Under the pieces are notes generated by a model. That model was not told where the DNA came from and searched no databases. It saw only the letters and a program-made list of their open reading frames with translations. Below are positions 56,301 to 64,000 of a stretch of DNA of 64,000 nucleotides, piece by piece. Positions within the stretch are counted from its first letter, which is position 1. Each line of letters starts with the position of its first letter. The position numbers were made by a program, and so were the translations under genes. Origin of the DNA: Phoronis australis (taxonomy: Eukaryota > Animalia > Phoronida); assembly GCA_002633005.1 (NCBI GenBank), contig NMRA01000019.1, forward strand, positions 876,414-940,413, written 5' to 3'.

Positions 56301-59300
56301 TAAATTCCTTTTCACATTATATCCAGGTCAGCGTTCACTTGTTGTATACATTCACTACTAAGACCAAGGAGAAACGTTTTGTGCAATGCTCAATTGTCCG
56401 CAACCAAAGCCAAGGTATGAATCTGGGAATCCCAAATGGGTGTCTGGAACTCTTTTCAAGTTTTGATGTAAACAAGCAAAGCGTGGAATAGGCCAACTAA
56501 CTCTTAGAAGCTGGCCTCAAAAGCTTCCTAGCCTTGAAGTTGATAGCAACAACTGTTTTCAACTAAGAAAAGAAACTGAGAATCCAGCTAGGGAAGTGTT
56601 GGCCAGCCTGTGACATTATTTATTTGAAAGTTATCTATCATGGCATGGACAGGTTTGGGACATGTATTGTGTGCTTGTATAAGTATCCTGGTTTATAATT
56701 TGCATTATAATTTATGCGTAAGAAGGAATTGTCGCTTTAAATCTCATATTCCTCTGTAACTCATTATAATTATTGGCCCACATTTGATTATAATTGAAAA
56801 TGATTACGCAGTTTAGTCCGCATATTTCAATTTACACACACTCACTTGAAATCAAATTACTGACTATAATTGGTAATCATTTGCCGAACACTGTCCCCTC
56901 GTCGATTTTGAAAATCTGTTCGACACGATTCACTAGTTTATTACCTGAGTACTGCCTCACTAAACAGCACAGTGACTTCCTGTATTGTATCGTATTCTTT
57001 CATCGTCTTCACCGGAACCATAACGCTGACGTAACTAGATGTCAAGAGAAATTAACACTTAAGTTTTAAACAAGTGAACAGTTAGGAAGGGAAAATAGCA
57101 AAAAATCGCCAACAGACTCTTTAAAAGTGTAGTGAAACCAAGAAAGTGGCTTCTGCTTGCTCTAATCTCAAATTGTGTTAAATGAGACTGGCTTAGTTGA
57201 TAGACTACTATTTGATTCATCCATGAACACTTCATGAAGCTGGGCTTCTGAGTGCGCCATTTGAATGCAGTACAACATCGGTAATTCTGTAGACAAGGTG
57301 TACACGAGCAATACGTGATGAAGATCTAAGGGGTACCCAATTTTTAACCGTTTCCATGGTTACCGTAGTAGGATGCATTCGAAAATCAACACCAGTTTTG
57401 CTCTCCTCATTAGCGACAAATTTCACGAAGAACTTGCTAGATATTAAGACAGGAACACATCCATTCCCAACACATGATCCTGTCTGCAATTTGTCCGATA
57501 GAGAGGTGGACAAAAAAAAAAACAACAGAAACACTAAGAAAGGTCACTAGGGGGCACAGATGACATTGAATCCATTGACAATGGGAAAGTGTGATTGTCT
57601 TCTTAATAGAAACCTATGAGCAGAATTTCATGGAAATCTACTAAGGAACTTGGTAGATACACGGGCAAACACAAAAAAAAAAATAAAATTACCCCTAGTG
57701 GCCAAACAAGAAGTCAAATCTACATAAACTTTTACACGAGCTGACCCAACTATGATGGGAACATGTCTGCAAAATTTCATGAAAATCCAACGCAGGGTTT
57801 AGGAGATAAAGCAGTGGATGGTGAATGCCCAAGACGATGGCCATGTAAAAACTGATACCTTTAAATCACTGTCAGTGCACATTACGTCCTACTTATAGAT
57901 GGCTTTGTTCAATAAAACCACATAGCCAATGACAGCTCACATTTCAATGTGTTCCCACCACACATTTTATAGTCTACCGATGTAAAAACTTCGCTTGAAA
58001 TTTCGTCGACGCTCATGGAGGAAAAATTTCACAAAAATTGTTTAACATTACAGAACTGTCACCTGTCTATAAACGCAAGCCAGCACGGCCGATATCTTCA
58101 CCGTAAATCGTACCTGAGCTCAAACTCGGCAAACAACCTGTCAAAGAGGACCAGGGCCTGCCTGAGTCTGTCTGAGTACATGTTCTGGTTCTTGAGACAC
58201 TGGTCACGTAATAAACTTCGCACGCTGTCCAAACTCTTAGTCATGGCTTTGGCTAGAGGGCGCATGCTGGCAGACTCCACCTCACGGTTAAGGATACAAG
58301 AACCAGCAGCCAAACACTGGAAGGAACACCACATGAGTATGCAGAATAGGATTGGAAAGTCAGCTGATCGTAAAAATTCTCCATTTCAGGACAGCCTCTA
58401 AGATTTTGGACACCGAATTCAAGATTAAATTAACTTTTCTCGATTTTGAAGATTGGGACATAGTCGATTTTGGCATTCATCATTTAATTCTCAAATATAG
58501 AAGACTGCTTTTGTATAAGCAAAATTTGAAAATAGAAGTAGCAATTCAAAAATTCCTCAAAATTACCTGCTAAGTGGAACATTTTCATGAGTCTATGTGT
58601 GTAAAATTGAGGTGAATAATTGTTTGTCATTGATAGTAATTCTTGAATTTGGGACAGCCATTATTGCTTATTTCTAACATTTGGTACACGCTCCGACCTT
58701 GAGCAAAATAGTTAAATTTTAACAGTCCCAAACTGGAGAATATTTACGACAGATAAAGGACCGTGCACTGGCAAAGTGACACACAAACCTCAATGAAATT
58801 ACACCTGCTCTACATATTTAAATTTATAAATTTAATTAGGCACTGTACAGTGTTACTATAGCAGTTAGACTAATAAGTCTAATTAGTGTATCAATAAGGC
58901 TAGAACATTGTGACTATAGTGAGATCGTGCAATGTTCTGTTTTCTACTACAAGCTGAATATGTGATGTCACAAACAGCACAGCGTACAATAATACATGGA
59001 ACTTCCTGTCTGGGGCTTTCTGTAACATTTGCTTTCTTTTCCAACAACTCGGCAAATGGGTCTCGTGTATTGTAGACCAATCTTCATACAGGTCTCCACA
59101 GTCCTTACATACATAGATACTTTTCTAAAACAGTGACATGAATAAATCATTATCTAGACTAAACCCAGTGCTATAAAATCGTAAATGCAAAGAAAACTGA
59201 TAAATACACCCCTAGGCATACAAGTAATTTTTAGAAATTAATAACTATCAAAATCATGGAACTGCCGCAAGAACTTTGGATTCTCACACGTTTTGTTAAT

Positions 59301-59544
59301 ATTCAAAATCTGATACACTATGTACAGTGGAGCAGTACCTCAGCACCAAACCACAGCTGAGCTCCCAGAGCATCCTGGACCAAGTCATCGGGGAACTTGA
59401 CACGGAAATCTCGATTGGCACGGCTCCCAGGGATCACCTCATCCATGATCCGCTGGACAATGGTCAGCACCTGAATGGACACAACAATGACCAGTTTGAG
59501 CAACGCCATCACCTCTGACATTTTTATGTCAACAAGAACACCCT

Positions 59545-59589
<45 letters not shown>

Positions 59590-61221
59590 TATATATATAT
59601 AAATCGTAGACTGTGCAAGATGTATGCTGAGAACGTGTATTTGTAAACCATGTTGGTGTGATCTTTTATACCTTGTCAAAATAACATCTTAACCCCTTTC
59701 AGTGAAATATAACTTTTCAGTTATTCCCTAACATGTGAAAACATTAAAAATTCTTCTCAGACACTGAAAATGTTCAGTGCAGACTGCAAGCAGGTTGGTA
59801 AGTGGGTTAGAATCAAAGGATACTCAAACATGCATAAACTGAGCATTGTGCTGTTTTACGTGAACTTCTAACAACAGCCCATGGTCTCAAGAGAGGTCTA
59901 CAAAAGAGACTAGTCCATGAGTGTGCTCACCCTGTCCTGAAAATAGCGCAGCTGATTGACCAGCAGCGTACATCTTTCCGGATCCTTTCGACCATCAAAG
60001 CTGTCCAGTTCTGTGGCCACAGCATTTAGGTCTTCATCAGCATAGAAGAACTGGGCTAACAAGGAGCAGTCAGACCTCTGGAAGTGAAAAAAATAACTCA
60101 TTACATTTTTGTGTAAGATTGAAAACAGAGTGCCTTACTTTAGAGAAACCTACCGACACTGAATTCAAATTGTAGGCAGTAGCACCCAACCAGTGGAGAT
60201 TAAGCACAGTTTAGCCTGATCAGAATTACCGCAAATTAATATTTTTGGTAAAAGGGTTACTGGTTACAAACAAGCCCATTTCATTACCAAAAAATGTATC
60301 TAGCCACAAGCAGCCATTTAGGAGGTGCAAGCAGCAAACAACTAGCCGCAGTAAGGAGCAAATCCAACCTTTTTAGCCCACTGAGTTTTAACCATATCGA
60401 GGTGTTTCCTTAAACTGAAGCAATGTTTACCAGAGCCAGCACTTTTGTGCCACTTGACCCAATTAAGCTTTGAAGAAGGCACATACTGAAGTTATGGGTG
60501 TATCATGTTGGAGTTAATTTTGACAACTGGAAAGAAACTAAATAAATTAATAAGAGCAACGCAAAGCATTGAAATGCACCCACGAATGCAGAGCAAACAG
60601 AGTGCTTCTAGAGGTGTTCATTTGTATCATAAAAATGGCCACTAAATGGCAGAAAATACATCGAATCCATCCGAAAACTGGTATGTCATCAAAGCTATTT
60701 ACCAAATTTCATAAAAATCTGTCAAGGAACAACTGAGAAAATTTGAAAAAAAATTGCCACTAGGAGGCTACTGTATGGGCTCAAAAAACCTAACTGCCAC
60801 AAGGAGAAAATCATCGCCAACTGTACTCTTCACACTGAGCCTATATATGCCAATTTTCACAATTATCCTTAGATTTCCGACCTGCACGTTACCAAATCGA
60901 CCCCAGCAAGCTCAGTCAGGCACTCAGGGTTATATGCTTTGTTACATCGACCCTGTAAACTTACGTAGAAAGTCTATGGGGTTCAAATGAAAGTCTTAGA
61001 AAGACTGAAAATATGTCGAAATGTATCCTCATGTTTCTTGTGCTCAGCTCAGGTGTTGCTCCACTGCCTCCAGCCAGGTAAACACGATAAACAACATGAA
61101 CGTCATGAACAAATCGCAGCTACCAAACGCAACATAATTTTTGATTTACGTTAAATCTTTCGAAATATTCCCTCTTAATGCTCACCTTTGGCTTATACAA
61201 CCATTTTCGCAGGGAATACAT
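44381..61221 (-). CDS. ZFYVE28: Lateral signaling target protein 2 homolog, FYVE-domain protein (13 coding exons, ~913 aa)
   Basis: Exons 61221-61186, 60077-59931, 59470-59339, 58316-58114, 57034-56945 (duplicate at 55717-55628), 54697-54608, 53164-53063, 50226-49028, 48280-48154, 46636-46482, 46193-45969, 44874-44771, 44512-44381 give 2742 nt in frame. Hallmarks: [67 protein letters not shown], and the FYVE domain PPEWLPD..C..C...F...[14 protein letters not shown]...PVRVC..C. Confidence 0.96.
50395..50560. mobile_element. 166-bp palindromic MITE
   Basis: ~65-bp imperfect arms CAAACATTTCTAA..GTCAGCACACCACCTGTGG..ATCACGTGACCTAATAAA / TTTATTAGATCACATGGT..CCACAGGTGGCGTGCTGAC..TTAGAAATGTTTG. Confidence 0.7.
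50578..52246. mobile_element. Kolobok-like non-autonomous element flanked by TTAA
   Basis: TTAA|GGTTGTGT ... ACATAACC|TTAA, very AT-rich and non-coding. The internal block at ~52020-52140 (GGTCACATGACCCAATTAAT) recurs inverted at ~710-830. Confidence 0.5.
54887..57408 (+). repeat. Tandem ~1.2-1.3 kb duplication (54887-56091, 56093-57408) split by a single N; contains ZFYVE28 exon 5
   Basis: Offset 1317 in the 3' part. The copies differ by scattered SNPs and by the length of a CA-rich microsatellite (56100-56245). Confidence 0.9.
57350..57363. promoter_or_regulatory. RFX X-box-like motif GTTTCCATGGTTAC (duplicate at 56033-56046)
   Basis: 13/14 match to GTTNCCATGGNAAC; intronic, function unproven. 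Confidence 0.3.
59547..59588 (+). repeat. (GT)n microsatellite followed by short (TA)n
   Basis: Pure TG run in a ZFYVE28 intron. Confidence 0.95.
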
Positions 61222-62957
61222 CCTTGTTTACAAGCAAAGTACTGCCCTAAAAAATACTTTCAGATTCTGTCATTGTGATTTGTAATGCGCATAGGGGTTT
61301 GCGCATTTCCTTCGCTTTTCCCACCGTTAGATGTCACGGTTATCGTTTTGTGTTTCCGCTGCTCTCAAAAGGTGACGCAACAATAGCAACAGGCTCTGAA
61401 AGGCACATGAAGTCACAAACCAGAGATGTACATTAATTTACAAAGGATATAAAATGGTCTTTGCTGCCTCCAGTGAATTAGACCTCAGACAGTTGCCATA
61501 ACGTCCAGGGCACTAAACGTCTACATGCAGCCTATGTTGTATTTCCAGTGTGAGTGGCCATCAGTCAACGGTTACAAAAGATCTTTTTACACATAGGCCT
61601 AAACAGGAAACATAGGGACAGCTAACGAAATTTCTACCCATGAGTTGCAAGAAACTGTTTTGCATACACTATCTGAGAGTTTAGTTATTGCCTCACCGAT
61701 ATCTAGTGACCAAAGAAGTAATTCGTAACGCATCTTACACTAAATAAAATACTATTGCTGTTTATGAGAATGGAGATTCATTAATGAGACAAGAAAGTGG
61801 TGTCTGGGACTCGACATGGGTTCGTGAGAAAAAAACGTGATATTCGGGCTGTTTATGAAGGAGTGGTGACTCAAGTAGTCTAGTCAATAACCTATCAGTA
61901 TGGAGTTTATTTTGTAACACTGTATGTTATACTCAAGAAAAAAAGAATCTGAAATCAATAAAGACTTTGACTTGCTGCCTGTTCATTATTATTACTTCTG
62001 GTAGTTTGGAAATGTCCGCGTACATCAGACAGCCAATAGGCAAGGCAAACGTGTTTGTATTTTCAAAATGGTTTGAGAATAATGGTCTGTAACTGTACGG
62101 TTCTCCTCACATCTAGGTCCATATCACTGCATAGGTATAGCTCATGCAGACTCGTGACATGAAGTCTGCACTGACGTTTGCAGGTCAGGGCATGAGTTGA
62201 CGAACTGTACGTTGAGTTGCTTTTTGGGTGCGGTATCGCGTTTGGTGTGTGGGTGAGCAGTGTTTGTGAGTTCGAGCACGACATTATTGCGGTGAACTGA
62301 ATCGGACCCCTGAGCCATGTTTGTAAACGCAGGGAACTACACGAATGCGGGAGATCAGGCCCGTAGCCAGCATTGCGTGGGGGTGATTCAAATTTCTAAA
62401 ACGGTGGACCTTTTTTGATATTTTGTAAACGTCGAGATTGTAGAGTTTTTGGTAAAGCAATGACCGCAGCTTGACTTAGCGGAAGGGAATTCGGTATACA
62501 CAAAAATGACTCCCAGCTCTATGTTCCAGTGAGATAAGACGGAATTCGTAATACCAGAAATGAGTATGCCGTGACTGGTTGCCCCCGAGCTCCCCTGGGT
62601 GCGCGCATGCATGTTGCTCGCAAGAAGAACGGGACTCGAATTCGGATGCAATGTTGTCCAGAAATAGAACGTTTTTGTGTTGGCTCCTGCCAAACTTTCA
62701 AATCAGGCGTGCCGTAATGATCGAGTGATTACATCTCATTACATACTCGGGCGGAAATATATAGTCACGAGACAGAATGACTTGACGAATAGTTGGTTTT
62801 GTGTGTTGCTTAAGTTACTTACATCGCTGGAAATGGGAATAACCCACTGTTACGAAGGTTCACTACTCCTAAGGCTCACTATTCCGAAGGTTCACTGACG
62901 ATTCACTTCTCCGATGCTAGGTTCTCCACCATGAAAATCTATAAAGTTTCGGGCTCA

Positions 62958-63125
62958 CTGTGACCGATTTAGGGGTGGGGGAGGGGGGGAGCAAGTAGAT
63001 CATGCCACTCCCTAAATTTCTTCCACATTCCATTTGTCAATTCGAGGGTGCGAATGACTGACGGGCAAAATCCTGACTAATACTCTTCCCTGGCCCCCTG
63101 AATCAAAATCCTAGTTCCGCCCCTG
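62958..63125. mobile_element. Second, inverted copy of the 20806-20977 MITE family
   Basis: Shares the reverse complement of GTATTAGCCAGGATTTTGCCCGTCAG..CATTCGCACCC; ends in TCCGCCCCTG; degenerate TSD GCTCA/ACTCA. Confidence 0.7.
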
Positions 63126-64000
63126 ACTCAGGTGTAATTTTTATTCTTTTACATACAAAAATAAATGATGCATCGGTTATTAGATGGACTAAGTGGTGTA
63201 CCTATACCGAAAACAACGCCCGGGTACTAGTACACTTTGGGTTTCATGTCATTGCCCGCATGTCTTACGAATACGGAAAATGAGTACATACTTGCATTTT
63301 TAAAAGAATACGTAGTAGGAATATTGACGAATTATCAACCATGATACATTCATCAAATCCATGTCAAGATCGCATTTCACAGCGCGACTGAAAAGTTTCA
63401 GTTAGGGCCGCTTCGCCTCAACCTCACCCACTCAGAACCACGCACGCGGCCGGGTCGAAACTAAATGTAGTTAGGGGGCTACCATGTCTCTGCCAGGCTT
63501 CACGAAGTAAGAGAGTCTCATTCAGTCATTAAGTCGCTGTTGGACGCCCAGATGTGCCCTGATTTTAAGCAAGAATGGGTAGTTAGTTAGATTCAAGATT
63601 GGTGGTGATTGGAACTGGGCTCATTTGTAAACAACGTAATCAACGTTTTTCTATGTGATGTCTATGGTCTACCCTATTTTCCCTAATAATGTGAACGTGC
63701 TCGTCGGGTTTTCTTAGTGCAAGAAAACACGGTAGTGAAATGTCTAGATTTTGAGCGAGGACGGAAGACTGTGCACTGAATTTAAAAGAATGGAAGCGCA
63801 TACACGTGCACACGCATACATGCCAATCCACCAATGCACAATCAAAGAGGACACTGGATAAACAACATATTTGACGACCACTTTCAATTCGAAATTTGAA
63901 AATGCCTTTACCGTATTATGCTAGAAAATAAATAGCAAATAACGAACCTGTACTCTTTTGTTTTGTTTGTTGGTCGCCATATAGCTTAGCTACGCATAGA

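Noticed and set aside
55477-57069. Twin 91-aa + strand ORFs (55477-55752, 56794-57069)
   Set aside because: They are antisense to ZFYVE28 exon 5 and appear twice only because of the gap-associated duplication.
62850-62925. CRISPR-like appearance of short repeats
   Set aside because: Eukaryotic context, no unique spacers, no cas genes.

Overview
Intron-rich, AT-rich animal (probably invertebrate) genomic DNA; no bacterial or viral features. Four spliced protein-coding genes could be assembled by hand with GT-AG junctions and matching phases. (1) MED28 on the - strand (1779-6577). (2) An unnamed + strand type II membrane protein (about 14138-19744, possible start at 9322): N-terminal tail with FxNPxY, one TM helix and a ~660-aa Thr-rich mucin stalk, with apparently decayed coding-like sequence on both sides. 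(3) An LRRC74-like LRR + EF-hand gene on the - strand (21685-34412). (4) ZFYVE28/LST2 on the - strand (44381-61221). Introns and intergenic DNA carry many non-autonomous inverted-repeat elements, including a ~1 kb foldback, 5-bp-TSD MITEs and a TTAA-flanked Kolobok-like element. Two ~1.3 kb near-identical duplications abut single-N gaps and are most likely haplotype assembly artefacts; one duplicates a ZFYVE28 exon. The most unusual item is the mucin-stalk receptor-like locus. Family assignments rest on my recall of the human proteins, not on a database search.
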